Shown in pieces: positions 34,501 to 50,455 of a stretch of DNA of 64,000 nt. How positions within the stretch are numbered: position 1 is the first letter of the stretch; every line of letters starts with the position of its first letter. The notes below the pieces were generated by a model. That model had not been told where the DNA came from. It made no database searches and worked only from the letters and a program-made list of their open reading frames with translations. The position numbers were made by a program, and so were the translations under genes. Origin of the DNA: an uncultured Gemmatimonadales bacterium (GTDB taxonomy: Bacteria; Gemmatimonadota; Gemmatimonadetes; Gemmatimonadales; GWC2-71-9); the NCBI GenBank assembly GCA_963821525.1, contig CAWGED010000005.1:576001-640000 (forward strand), read 5' to 3'.

Positions 34501-35664
34501 GAGTTGTGTCGGGTCGCGGTGCGCGAGGGGATCCTCGGTCGGCCCTTCGAAGGCGGAAGGCTGCGGCAGCGACTGGCAGAAGCAGCGAAGGCCCAGGTCC
34601 CGACTGGGCCATCGTACGCGGAAGTCATCCCGCCCGAAGCGGCTGACCTTTTGACACTCGATTGGACCAGCATAATTGGCCGCGCTGTCCGTTCCGATGA
34701 GACCCTGTGCGTATCGCGGTACCGGACCTCGCATCCCGATGTGCCTGCCGATCGGCGTGCCGACCTGCCGCGGGCCGTGATTCCCGAGCTGCTCGCGGCG
34801 GCAGCGATGGGTTCTCCCCCGGCGGTCCGCTCCTCGAGTGAAGGTTCGCCGCAAAGAGTGGCCTACCTTCCCGAACTGGTGTCACGCTCGGTGCCAGACC
34901 CCGATCAGCACGTTCGAGCAAGCGCTGGGTGTGGCCGTCCGGCGCCGACCTACACCGCCGCTCCAGGTCCGCTCACGCTTCCGATTCTCATGTACCACAG
35001 CATCTCGGCCGAGGGGCCGGCCGCGACCGCGCGCTACGGGGTGAGGCCTGGCGCGTTCGAGGCCCAGCTTCGCTACCTTCGCGACGCCGGTTTCACCACA
35101 GTCACCCTCCGTCAATGGCTCACCGCCGTCCCGCGTCGCCGGCCTCTGCCGGCGAGGCCTGTCGTGCTCACCTTCGACGATGGGTATCGGGACTTCGAAG
35201 CGAACGCCTGGCCGCTGCTGCAGCGCTACGGGTTCGGGGCGCTGGTCTTCCTCGTGGCCGATCTGATCGGTGAAGCGGCTCGCTTGGATGCCGACCTCGG
35301 TGAGCCCCTTCCGCTCATGGGCTGGGATGAGATTCGGCGCCTGGCTTCACAGGGAGTCGAGTTCGGCGCCCATTCCGCCAGTCATCGTCCAATGACGGGT
35401 CTCACTCCCGCCGAGATCGCCCGGGAGGCGATTCGGTCTCGCGTGGTCATCGAACGGAACCTGGGTCGCGGCGTCGATGCCTTTGCCTATCCTCACGGCG
35501 ACACGGATCCCGTTGTAGAGCACCTGGTGGGCGCATCCGGGTTTCAGGTCGGTCTGACCCGCCGGCCCGGACCGGCCGGCCCGCGGGATTCGGCGCTCGC
35601 GCTCCCCCGCATCGAGGTGAGCGGGGATGACGATCTGGCTTCCTTCATCAGCAAACTGGGCTGA
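31504..35664 (+). CDS. Multidomain GT2-GT2-polysaccharide deacetylase (NodB-type) protein
   Basis: IIPTHNR/FLDDD; VIPAYNA/FLDADD; C-terminal ILMYH, TFDDGY, HSASH, FAYPHG. Confidence 0.88.
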   Translation: MTPHGSRPDISVIIPTHNRPASLLRLLHALQGGSFPARRFEVVVIADGCTDDTAAVVRTVPWSFALQVLEQDPGRGAGPARNLGASHANGDLLVFLDDDVEPLPALLAEHHRAHAEAGVPALVIGPPLPVRTPDSNFDTIGAWAWWEGQLASMGRPGHRFSFTEIFSGDLSMPADLFRSVGGFDVNFPCREDSELGIRLIRAGARVLFAPGAGGMHHELRDYRRLIRRKRAEGEADVRLARLHPEVWPELRISWPEAPTWNPLGILRRAALMTPWLAHLMVRGLASTLPLLEGLHLRGTWRKVQAGVMYGWYWLGVHDGVRSRRGLRALEKKCESPILPSAELFEIDLALGLDEAEQLVEQTRPTAIRVRFGPLVVGTLGAKPGVEPFRGKHLRPALAEELPQALLAAMTTSAAAGHPRAPRLRKPASKPLRPVVSVVIPAYNAAGTIREALESLSAQTHGEWEAIVVDDGSDDATATIVEEFAAHDSRVRLLRQQQYGPGPARNRGMAAARHHWLLFLDADDWLLPKALEQLGDATLSGTVDAVHGGWARVARDGRVMETHFAPSMTDLFPVFAEYCAFPINTCLLRRDLTAKAGGFDPALRNCQDWDFWQRIARSGARFWRLSEKVAHYRIQARSGATATEHLLPNGLTIITRGHGSDLRMPGSRHEKGAPAGEAAGPRLRFGAWVAGILIGRGESFEPVMQALKGDAAPGLNPAEVADNLFSAVPLGLGQTADAWDDLWPRVIGDLSAFLTVLERQSGSWQLARRSLLALERLTLDTSRSQRPFTRGRTHAVAVEVTRPIEQIQVSEHVERVHCAVTVDGERIGTVLLPACDGVVSARVLEDAIAARFVWPILGRFFDATLYRELEFRRTPGGILICRDGAPLAAPIRDEAAVVRERLHDHIGWTLFLQELWGLSPQAAAEIDQEGGSGEQSPRHQAGWKVVEVSDELPTFQTPDSAVTIEPRVGGMGMGLISVPSEGGRVTASRLRSVITTETGLELCRVAVREGILGRPFEGGRLRQRLAEAAKAQVPTGPSYAEVIPPEAADLLTLDWTSIIGRAVRSDETLCVSRYRTSHPDVPADRRADLPRAVIPELLAAAAMGSPPAVRSSSEGSPQRVAYLPELVSRSVPDPDQHVRASAGCGRPAPTYTAAPGPLTLPILMYHSISAEGPAATARYGVRPGAFEAQLRYLRDAGFTTVTLRQWLTAVPRRRPLPARPVVLTFDDGYRDFEANAWPLLQRYGFGALVFLVADLIGEAARLDADLGEPLPLMGWDEIRRLASQGVEFGAHSASHRPMTGLTPAEIAREAIRSRVVIERNLGRGVDAFAYPHGDTDPVVEHLVGASGFQVGLTRRPGPAGPRDSALALPRIEVSGDDDLASFISKLG

Positions 35665-35672
35665 GCCATCTG

Positions 35673-36912
35673 ATGCCGTCGCCCTTTCCCGAATTGCCCC
35701 TGCCGATTCGAGTCGCCGATCTGGAGATCGCCGGCGGCGTTCCCGACCTCCACCGGTGCCATGGATACGGCGGTGTCTTCCTTCTGCTCCGGCGGCACGG
35801 TTATCCCCTGGGATCGGTCACCCTCTCGGTCTCGGACGACAGGGTACACGCGGGAGCGATCGCAGCGGCGATGCATCGCAGGTTGTCCCCCCAGAACAAA
35901 CGTGCGCTGCTGCTCGATAACCATGCCGTGGTATCCCGCCACACGCCGTCGATCAGTGTCGTGGTGTGCACCCGGGACCGGCCCCGATCGCTGGAGCGCT
36001 GTCTCAAATCGCTCGCCCGCCTCGAGTACCCGACGTACGAGGTCATCGTGGTGGACAATGCCTCAATTTCTGAAGCCGACCCGGCAGGCTGCCAACACCG
36101 CCGGCGTTCGCTACGTGCGAGAAGAGCGCCCCGGACTCGACTGGGCCCGAAACTGCGGCTACAAAGCGGCTCGCTATGACATCGTGGCTTACACGGACGA
36201 CGATACCGAGGTCGATCCCAAGTGGCTGGCAGGGTTTGGCGCGGCCTTCGAGGATCCCGCCGTTCGCGCGGTAAGCGGCCTCGTGCTCCCTGCTGCGATG
36301 GACACCGAGGCCGAAGTGCTCTTCGAGCTCTGTTCCGGCGGGATGGGGAAGGGGACAATCCCGCGCGAGTTCGATCCGGCTGCTCTCCCGGCATGGCAGC
36401 GGATCGGCGCCCACCACGTCGGCGTCGGCGCCAACATGGCCTTCCGGCAGGACCTGCTCCAGGAGCTCGGAGGATTCGACACCGCTCTCGATGTCGGGAC
36501 GCCCTCACATGGTGGTGGAGACCTGGACATCTTCCACCGGAGCCTGATGGCCGGCGCCGTGATCCGTTATCAGCCGGCGGCGCTCGTGCGCCATCATCAT
36601 CGGCGGGATCTACCCGGCCTCCGCCGCCAGTTCACCGACAACGGTCGCGCCTTCGGGGTCTACCTCCTTACGATCTTCAAACGTGGCGCCATCCCACGGC
36701 ACACCACGGCGTGGTACTCGATCCGGATATGGCTCGCCTGGCTCATCGGGCGCGTCGTGAAGCGATTTGCCCGGCGGGAATTGCTCCCGCTCCCGTTGCT
36801 GCTCGCGGAGCTTTGGGGAGCGGTGCAGTCCCCCTTCGCCTTCTTGGCGACCTATCGCGAGGATAGCAGGCGACGCGGTCTCTACTCGACCCCGCCACGC
36901 GGGCGGACCTGA
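35673..36912 (+). CDS. Glycosyltransferase family 2, frameshift ~36075
   Basis: VVCTRDR/VVDNA then ARN, YTDDD, GVGANMAF; paralog of 30326-31507. Confidence 0.87.
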
Positions 36913-37016
36913 CCGGCGGTCGGCATGTCCGGGGACGTCCCCAGGCTACGCATCACTTGTTACGAGAGATTTTGCCTGGACCCGGCTGAACCGACCTGGA
37001 CCGCTCGAGGTGCTAC

Positions 37017-37994
37017 ATGGCTCGATATCGCAACGCCTTGCCCCAGCTCAAGGGCGACCTGTTCCTCACTGATGGTGGCATTGAGACCACCCTGATTTTC
37101 CTCGATGGGCTGGATCTGCCCGATTTCGCGGCCTTCGACCTGCTCAAGCGGCCCGAGGGCGAGACGGCTCTCCGGAAGTATTTCCGCACTTATGCCGCGC
37201 TGGCGAAGAAGTTCGGCACCGGCCTGATCCTCGAAGCCGCGACCTGGCGGGCCAATCCCGACTGGGCTGCCCGCCTCGGCTACAAGCGCGACGGCCTCGC
37301 CAACGCCAATCTCAAGGCGATCCGTCTACTGGAGCGGATTCGTGACGAGTTCGAGGACTCGCGCACCCAGGTGGTCATCAGCGGGTGCGTCGGTCCGCGG
37401 GGAGATGGGTACAACCCGGCCTTCCAGATGTCCGAGGCCGAGGCCGAGTCGTATCACGGCGAGCAGATCGGAACCTTCGCGGACAGTGCGGCCGATATGG
37501 TCACCGCCATCACGATGAACTACGTGGAGGAGGCCGTGGGTGTCGCCCGCGCGGCGAAATCCGCAGGCATGCCGGTCGTCATCTCCTTCACCGTCGAAAC
37601 GGACGGGAAGCTGGTGACCGGCCAGTCGCTCAAGGACGCGATCGCCACGGTAGACGCGGCTACCTCGGCCTATCCCGCGTACTACATGATCAACTGCGCC
37701 CACCCGACCCACTTCGAGTCGGTGCTCACGCCGGGCGAGCCATGGTTGGCGCGGATTCGGGGCCTGCGGACCAACGCGTCGCACAAGAGCCACGCCGAGC
37801 TAAACGAGTCTCCGGCGCTGGACAGCGGCAATCCGGTCGAGCTCGGTCAGGAACACGCCCGGCTGCTGGATCGGCTTCCCCAGTTGAACGTCATCGGCGG
37901 TTGTTGCGGCACCGATCATCGCCACGTGGAGCAGATCGCGATGGCCTGCTCGCCGCTGTTCCCCGCGCACGGAAAATCGTCTATCTCCGCGTAG
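37017..37994 (+). CDS. Homocysteine S-methyltransferase family protein
   Basis: DGGIET, GPRGDGY, INCAHP, GGCCGT. Confidence 0.92.
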   Translation: MARYRNALPQLKGDLFLTDGGIETTLIFLDGLDLPDFAAFDLLKRPEGETALRKYFRTYAALAKKFGTGLILEAATWRANPDWAARLGYKRDGLANANLKAIRLLERIRDEFEDSRTQVVISGCVGPRGDGYNPAFQMSEAEAESYHGEQIGTFADSAADMVTAITMNYVEEAVGVARAAKSAGMPVVISFTVETDGKLVTGQSLKDAIATVDAATSAYPAYYMINCAHPTHFESVLTPGEPWLARIRGLRTNASHKSHAELNESPALDSGNPVELGQEHARLLDRLPQLNVIGGCCGTDHRHVEQIAMACSPLFPAHGKSSISA

Positions 37995-38630
37995 TCGGGA
38001 TGACGTCGGTCTGCCAAACCTGCGAGATATTTGAAAGGGGGGGCCCCCACCCAGGTGGCCCCTTCTCGAATTTTGGGGAGGGGGGCTCCCCCCAGGGGTC
38101 GGAGCGCGGACGATCCAGGCGATTCCGATTGCCTTTGCGTATTTCCGATGAGGTTTTGGACGAGGATCCCCTCGAAATTTGAAAGGGGGGGCCCCCACCA
38201 GGGTGAGATGGCTCCTGCCGTCGCGACGACCCAGCCGATGCCCTTCACGTGGCCTCCCATCCTTGTCCCCTTCTTCCCGACCCCAGAGGGACCCACCATT
38301 CATTCTCTCGCTTCAATACCTGCCGCCCCGGTTCTCCCCGCCGCAGTCGCCAACCGCCTGAAGAGGCAATACATTAGAAAGCACTGGGACTCCGTGACGG
38401 TCTAGTCGGAGTCCCTGCAGCCATACAGCCGCAGGACGGTACCATGTACCAAGCGCCTGGTCGCACAATCGGCAGTCGCTTCTCCTCGTCTTATGGCTCC
38501 CGCAAGCCTGTTCCGCGGGCGTGCCTCTTCAGCTCCACCGTCACTCGACATCTCTCGCCAGGCCGGTCGGCTTGAAGCTGCTCCCCGACCCGACCGTCTC
38601 TCGGCCGCAATTTCTCCGGAGAACCCCATC

Positions 38631-44907
<6,277 letters not shown>

Positions 44908-44916
44908 GAGACGAGC

Positions 44917-46173
44917 GTGGAAACTGCCGAGAAGGTCAACATCCTTCTGGTCGATGATCAGCCGGGCAAGCTGCTCAGCTATCAGGCCATGCTGAGCGAG
45001 CTCGGCGAGAACCTGATCACCGCAACCTCGGGACGCGAAGCCCTCGAGCTTCTCCTCAAGAACGACATTACCATCGTCCTGATGGACGTCAGCATGCCGG
45101 AGGTGGACGGCTTCGAGCTGGCGGAGATCATTCGGCAGCACCCCCGCTATCAGAAGACGGCGATCATCTTCGTCTCGGCGGTTCACCTGACCGACATGGA
45201 CCAGCTCAAGGGCTACGAGTCCGGGGCGGTGGACTATGTCTCAGTCCCGGTGGTACCGGGACTGCTGCGCGCCAAGGTTCGGGTCTTTGCCGAGCTCTCC
45301 CGCAAGTCGCGGGAACTGGAGCGACTGAACCGGGAGCTCGAGAAGAGAGTCGCGCAGCGGACCGAAGAGCTGGAAGCGGCCGTCGCGAAACAGATGGAGT
45401 TGACGCAGCATCTGCGACAGGCCGATCGCCGCAAAGACGAGTTCCTCGCCCAGCTGGCCCACGAGCTGCGCAACCCGTTGGCGCCGATGCGGAATGCTAC
45501 CAGCATCCTGAAGTACAAGGTCGCGCACGACCCCGAGCTGGTCTGGTGTCATGACGTGATCGAACGCCAGGCCAGGCAGCTCACTCGGCTGGTGGACGAC
45601 CTGCTCGATGTGTCGCGCATTACTCGTGGCAAGATTACCCTCCGGCTCGAAACGGTGGATCTCAGTACCATCGTGGCGGAGGCGGTCGAGACCAGCCAGC
45701 CGCTCATCGATTCTCGCCGCCACCAGCTCAATATCAGTCTCCCCGACTCCCCGGTCGTGATCCACGCCGACGCGGCTCGGCTTACCCAGGTCGTGTCCAA
45801 CCTCCTGAACAACGCGGCCAAGTTCCAGAAAGAAAGCGGGCGCATCGATCTCCGGGCTCGCCGCGAGGGGAACGATGCCGTCATCACGGTGAGAGATCAC
45901 GGCTTCGGCATGACGGAGGAGGTGGTGGCGCAGGTCTTCGAGCTCTTCTTCCAGGGCGAGCGGGAGCGCCACCACCCTCACGATGGATTGGGGATCGGTC
46001 TCTCGCTGGTGAAGCAACTGGTCGAACTCCAGGGCGGCACCGTTTCAGCCTCGAGCCCGGGGGTTGGGGAGGGCAGCGAGTTCACCGTCAGGCTTCCCTG
46101 CAATAACGGGGCGGGTGTGGCTCGCCAGGATGAAGCGCCCGGCAGTACGGCCCAAGTCGGACGAAAAGGCTGA
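44917..46173 (+). CDS. Hybrid response regulator / histidine kinase
   Basis: ILLVDD, DVSMP, AHELRNPL, NLLNNAAK, GLGIGL. Confidence 0.92.
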   Translation: METAEKVNILLVDDQPGKLLSYQAMLSELGENLITATSGREALELLLKNDITIVLMDVSMPEVDGFELAEIIRQHPRYQKTAIIFVSAVHLTDMDQLKGYESGAVDYVSVPVVPGLLRAKVRVFAELSRKSRELERLNRELEKRVAQRTEELEAAVAKQMELTQHLRQADRRKDEFLAQLAHELRNPLAPMRNATSILKYKVAHDPELVWCHDVIERQARQLTRLVDDLLDVSRITRGKITLRLETVDLSTIVAEAVETSQPLIDSRRHQLNISLPDSPVVIHADAARLTQVVSNLLNNAAKFQKESGRIDLRARREGNDAVITVRDHGFGMTEEVVAQVFELFFQGERERHHPHDGLGIGLSLVKQLVELQGGTVSASSPGVGEGSEFTVRLPCNNGAGVARQDEAPGSTAQVGRKG

Positions 46174-46323
46174 GGTCTTCTCACCCACCCCGCCAGCTCC
46201 TCCAAGCCGCTGGCGCGGACAGGGCGTTCTCTAAAGACTTAGCGCTGTCAGGAATCGGCGGCGCTATGCGCATCAATCGGTAGGATCCCGTCGATCCTTG
46301 CCCTCGGACCCTGGAGGACTCCC

Positions 46324-47949
46324 ATGTCGTTGCCCTTCCTGATCCTGGCCGCCGCCTTTGGCGCGGTCGCCCGACCCGTCCCCGATTCTGTCCCCGGCGA
46401 CTCCGTCCCCCTCTACGATGACCTCGGCAGCTATCACTTCGCGGTCACCACGAAGGTGTCGGCGGCCCAGTCGTACTTCGATCAGGGACTTCGACTGGTG
46501 TACGGCTTCAACCATGGTGAGGCGATTCGCGCCTTCACCGAGGCCACCCGGCTCGATCCCAACTGCGCGATGTGCTATTGGGGGATCGCCTACGCGCACG
46601 GACCCCACGTCAATGCGGGAATGGATTCCGCCGGTGGAGTCGCAGCGTACGCCGCGATCCAGAAGGCCAGCCAGGTTTCATCGAAGGCCTCGGCCCGAGA
46701 AAAGGATTACATCAAGGCGCTGGCCGCCCGGTATGCCGCCGTGCCGCCAGCCGACCGGGCCTCTCTCGATTCTGCCTACTCCAAGGCCATGGGCAAACTG
46801 GTCGCCAAGTATCCGGACGACCTCGACGCGGCGACGCTGTACGCCGAATCGCTGATGGATCTCTCGCCGTGGAATTACTGGAACAAGGACCGGTCTCCCC
46901 GTCCCGACACTCCGACCATCATTGCGCAGCTGGAACGGGTGGTGGCGAAGAATCCCAACCATCCCGGCGCCTGCCACTACTACATCCACGCCGTCGAAGC
47001 GACGGAGCCCAGCAAGGCCGTGGCGTGCGCGGAGCGGCTGGCAGCCCTGATGCCCGGCGCGGGACACATGGTCCACATGCCCGGCCACATCTACATCCGG
47101 GTCGGGCGGTACAACGACGCCATCATGGCCAACGAGCACGCGGTCCACACCGACATGACGTACATGGCCGCGGAGAACCCCGGGCCCGGGGTGTATACCA
47201 TCGGCTACGTCCCGCACAACTACCATTTCCTCGCCTTTGCCGCGACATTGGCTGGCCGCAGCAAGGAGGCGATCGAGGCGGCGAAGAAGACTTCGGAGAC
47301 GACACCCTTCGACGTGGCTCGGGCGGTGCCGCTTGCCGAGCCGTATCTGCCCTATCAGTTCCTGGCCCTCACTACCTTCGGGCACTGGGACGAGATTTTG
47401 GCTCTGCCCATTCCGCCAGCCGACCTCAGTTACTCCTACGGCCTCGCTCAGTACGCGCGTGGCGTGGCCTACGCGGCGACGGGGCGCGCCGCCGAGGCTC
47501 AGGCATCACTCGATTCGCTGGTGAAGACGAGGGCGAACGTCAAGCCGGAGTACGCGACGGCCGGATGGTCCACTCCCGCATCGGTGCTGGAGATCGCGGA
47601 GCACTCGCTGCGGGGCGAGATGGCGTTCCGAAGCGGCGACGCCTCCTCGGCAGTTGACCACTTCAAGGCCGCCGCAGCCATCGAGGACGGGCTGCTCTAC
47701 ATCGAACCGCCCGATTGGTACTATCCGGTACGCCATTCACTGGGCCTGGCGCTCCTCAAGGCAAATCGTGCCGCGGAAGCCGAAGCGGTCTATCGCGAAG
47801 ACCTGGTTCGCTTCCCCAACAACGGATGGGCACTCTTCGGCCTCGTCCAGACTCTCAAGGCCCAGGGCAAGGACACGACCGAAGCGTCCAAGCAGTTCCA
47901 GACGGCGTGGGGCTCCGCGGATATTCAGCTCACAGCCTCGAGGTTTTAG
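46324..47949 (+). CDS. Secreted TPR-repeat protein
   Basis: Signal peptide; FDQGLRLVYGFNHGEA, HPGACHYYIHAVE, HMVHMPGHIY, PNNGWAL. Confidence 0.85.
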   Translation: MSLPFLILAAAFGAVARPVPDSVPGDSVPLYDDLGSYHFAVTTKVSAAQSYFDQGLRLVYGFNHGEAIRAFTEATRLDPNCAMCYWGIAYAHGPHVNAGMDSAGGVAAYAAIQKASQVSSKASAREKDYIKALAARYAAVPPADRASLDSAYSKAMGKLVAKYPDDLDAATLYAESLMDLSPWNYWNKDRSPRPDTPTIIAQLERVVAKNPNHPGACHYYIHAVEATEPSKAVACAERLAALMPGAGHMVHMPGHIYIRVGRYNDAIMANEHAVHTDMTYMAAENPGPGVYTIGYVPHNYHFLAFAATLAGRSKEAIEAAKKTSETTPFDVARAVPLAEPYLPYQFLALTTFGHWDEILALPIPPADLSYSYGLAQYARGVAYAATGRAAEAQASLDSLVKTRANVKPEYATAGWSTPASVLEIAEHSLRGEMAFRSGDASSAVDHFKAAAAIEDGLLYIEPPDWYYPVRHSLGLALLKANRAAEAEAVYREDLVRFPNNGWALFGLVQTLKAQGKDTTEASKQFQTAWGSADIQLTASRF

Positions 47950-47955
47950 AACTAC

Positions 47956-48055
47956 AGTACCTAGTATCGAGTACCGAGTACCGAGAGGCTCCCCACGTGA
48001 GGCCTGATACTCGGTACTCGGTACTCGGTACTCGGTACTCGGTACTAGGTACTAA
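47956..48055. repeat. Inverted heptamer arms (AGTACCG)n ... (GGTACTC)n
   Basis: About 4 and 7 units. Confidence 0.85.
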
Positions 48056-48138
48056 GTGCCTACTAGCCCTCCCCGTCCGATCGCGCTAGCTTCGCCACTC
48101 TGTCTCCGGCAATTCTCCCTCCAGGCAAGGGTCCAATC

Positions 48139-48414
48139 ATGACAGCCGAGCAGCCCGGCGGTTCCGAACTCAAGCCGATCACGCCGGCCCGAGTTGCCCA
48201 GGAACTTTCCAAGCTCAGTGCCGACAAAAAGGCGGGACGCGTTCAACCCGATGCTTATGACATGCGGTTCGCCAAGATCATCCATGAGCTTCGCGAGCGC
48301 CGGATCGATGGCGGCCGTCCCGAGGTCGTCGCGGCGCTGAAACCGCTTGTCGACAACGGCGACATCACGGCGCAGGAGTACGATCGGCTGCTGAAGCAGC
48401 TGGGAATGAGTTGA
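48139..48414 (+). CDS. Hypothetical protein, 91 aa
   Basis: Clean ORF with typical codon usage. Confidence 0.65.
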   Translation: MTAEQPGGSELKPITPARVAQELSKLSADKKAGRVQPDAYDMRFAKIIHELRERRIDGGRPEVVAALKPLVDNGDITAQEYDRLLKQLGMS

Positions 48415-48425
48415 GGCAATGATCG

Positions 48426-48535
48426 AATGCCGGAGTGGCGGAATGGAGGAATGAGGTCCGGCTCCTGACCTCTCCTCCCCCTGTCACCCAATTCGAGCAT
48501 TCCGCCATTCTTCCATTCCGCCATTCACCCATTCC
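48426..48535. repeat. Inverted octamer arms (TGGCGGAA)n ... (CATTCCGC)n
   Basis: Same unit as 51670-51818. Confidence 0.8.
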
Positions 48536-48536
48536 C

Positions 48537-49292
48537 ATGTCCGCCGCCCCACCCCTCTCCCCCCTCGAAATGACGGTTCAGGCCGTAGATGGCCTGATCC
48601 TGAAGGGCCTGCTGGCGTATCCTGAGATCGGGCCGGGTAAGGGGTTTCCGCTGGCCGTCCTCGCGCATCAGTATCCCGCCACCGCGGACAGCTACGCACC
48701 CCTGCTGGAAGACCTGCTCGATCTGGGGATTGCGACGCTCGCCTTCGATCTCCGGGGTCACGGCGCTTCCATCGAGGGAACCCATGGCCGTCTGGTGATC
48801 GACAGCCCGGTGGGCTTCACGATGGACGCCTTCGGATTGGCCTTCGTGGGCAGTGCAGGCAAGGTGGGGTTCAAGCACATCAATGACGACATCATTCGCG
48901 TGGCGAGCTGGGGTGCGGTGCAGAACTTCATCGATGCCGGCCGTCTCATCCTGGTCGGCTCCAGCGTCGCTGGGACCGGTGCGGTGCTCGCTGCCCCCAA
49001 GGTGCCGGGGCTCGCGGCGCTGATAACCTTCTGCGCGGCGGGCGAGCCGGTCTGGGGTGATGACGGCCGCGCCCAGGCGCGGAAGGCGATGGAGCTGCAC
49101 CAGGCGCCGAGTCTCCTCGCGACGTCGGAAAAGGATCCCTTCGATGGAGCCGGCAACGTGAAGGCCTGGAGCGAAGGCCTGCGCCACGTGAAGCCGCTTC
49201 TCGTACCGGGCGCAGCCCACGGGATGGCGATCTACTATGATGTACGCGATGAGGTCCTGGAGTTTGTGAAACAATTGAAGATTGCTGATTGA
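48537..49292 (+). CDS. Alpha/beta fold hydrolase
   Basis: FDLRGHGAS, GSSVAG nucleophile-like elbow, AHG. Confidence 0.78.
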   Translation: MSAAPPLSPLEMTVQAVDGLILKGLLAYPEIGPGKGFPLAVLAHQYPATADSYAPLLEDLLDLGIATLAFDLRGHGASIEGTHGRLVIDSPVGFTMDAFGLAFVGSAGKVGFKHINDDIIRVASWGAVQNFIDAGRLILVGSSVAGTGAVLAAPKVPGLAALITFCAAGEPVWGDDGRAQARKAMELHQAPSLLATSEKDPFDGAGNVKAWSEGLRHVKPLLVPGAAHGMAIYYDVRDEVLEFVKQLKIAD

Positions 49293-49395
49293 TGATTGCT
49301 GATTGAAAAGCGCTGATGCTCGATGCTGAACCCTGATTGGACTTGAAGTGAAAGCAGTTCAATCGGCAATCGGCAATCGACAATCATCAATCTGC
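49280..49395. repeat. Inverted heptamer arms (GATTGCT)n ... (CAATCGG)n
   Basis: Left arm overlaps the hydrolase stop codon. Confidence 0.8.
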
Positions 49396-49403
49396 AGCTC
49401 CCC

Positions 49404-50279
49404 ATGCTCACCCGACCACTAGGCCCCAACCTCCCCGCCGTCACCATCGTCGGCTACGGTGGCATGCACCTTTCCCTCGACAGCCGCCCTCCCGACGATA
49501 TCGGCGTCAAGGTGATTCACGCCGCCCTCGATACCGGCGAGACGCTGATCGATACCGCCGACGTGTACTGTCTCGACCAGAATGACGTTGGACACAACGA
49601 ACGGCTCATTGCCCGGGCGCTCCGCGAATGGAGCGGCAACCGGGAGAACATCCTGGTCGCGACCAAAGGCGGACTGATAAGACCGACCGGGCGCTGGGAT
49701 CGGGACGCGCGTCCTCAGCAGCTGCGCCAGGCCTGCGACCGGTCGCTCAAGGCGCTCGGCGTCGAGCAGATCGCACTCTACCAGCTCCACGCGGTGGATC
49801 CCAACGTGCCGCTCGAAGAGAGCCTCGGCGCGATGGTCGATCTCCAGAAGGCAGGAAAGATCCGAGCGATCGGCCTGTCCAACGTCTCCGTCGATGAGAT
49901 CAAGCGCGGTGAAAGGGTTACGACCATCTCCACCGTGCAGAACCGCCTCAACCCCTTCTTCCGGGAAGCGATTCGTGAAGGCGTCATCGACTACTGTGCG
50001 ACGCGGGGGATCGGGTTCCTCGCCTACAGCCCAACCGGTGGCGCACGACTCACCAGGAAACTGCCCAGTCACCCGGTGTTGCAGCAGGTCGCCCGTCGGC
50101 TCAACAGCACGCCCCATCAGGTCACCATCGCCTGGGACATTGCCCAGGCATCGACGGTGTTTGCCATCCCGAGTTCGAGAACCGTCGAGCATGCACTGGA
50201 CGGCGCCAAGGCCGGCGACCTGACGCTCTCCCCGGAAGACATCAGCGCTATTGACCAAGCCGAATTCGATAGGTCGTAG
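49404..50279 (+). CDS. Aldo/keto reductase
   Basis: IDTADVY, ATKGG, LYQLH, GKIRAIGLSN, YSP. Confidence 0.92.
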   Translation: MLTRPLGPNLPAVTIVGYGGMHLSLDSRPPDDIGVKVIHAALDTGETLIDTADVYCLDQNDVGHNERLIARALREWSGNRENILVATKGGLIRPTGRWDRDARPQQLRQACDRSLKALGVEQIALYQLHAVDPNVPLEESLGAMVDLQKAGKIRAIGLSNVSVDEIKRGERVTTISTVQNRLNPFFREAIREGVIDYCATRGIGFLAYSPTGGARLTRKLPSHPVLQQVARRLNSTPHQVTIAWDIAQASTVFAIPSSRTVEHALDGAKAGDLTLSPEDISAIDQAEFDRS

Positions 50280-50440
50280 CGGAAGACGGAAGACGGGAAG
50301 GGGGCAATTGAAGATTGATGATTTCAGATTGAAGATTTAGGGCCATATCGAGCGAAAAACCCAATCTGAAATCTGAAATCTGCAATCTGCAATTTCCGTC
50401 TCCCGTCTCCCGTCTCCCGTCTCCTTTCTCCCGTCTTCCC
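50280..50440. repeat. Nested inverted heptamer arms: outer (GGAAGAC)/(CGTCTCC), inner (GATTGAA)/(AAATCTG)
   Basis: Order on the + strand is A B loop B' A'. Confidence 0.82.
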
Positions 50441-50455
50441 CTTATCTTCCCCCCC

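Noticed and set aside
38025..38210. CRISPR array (repeats contain ATTTGAAAG)
   Set aside because: Only 2-3 copies with very uneven spacing and no cas genes in the window.
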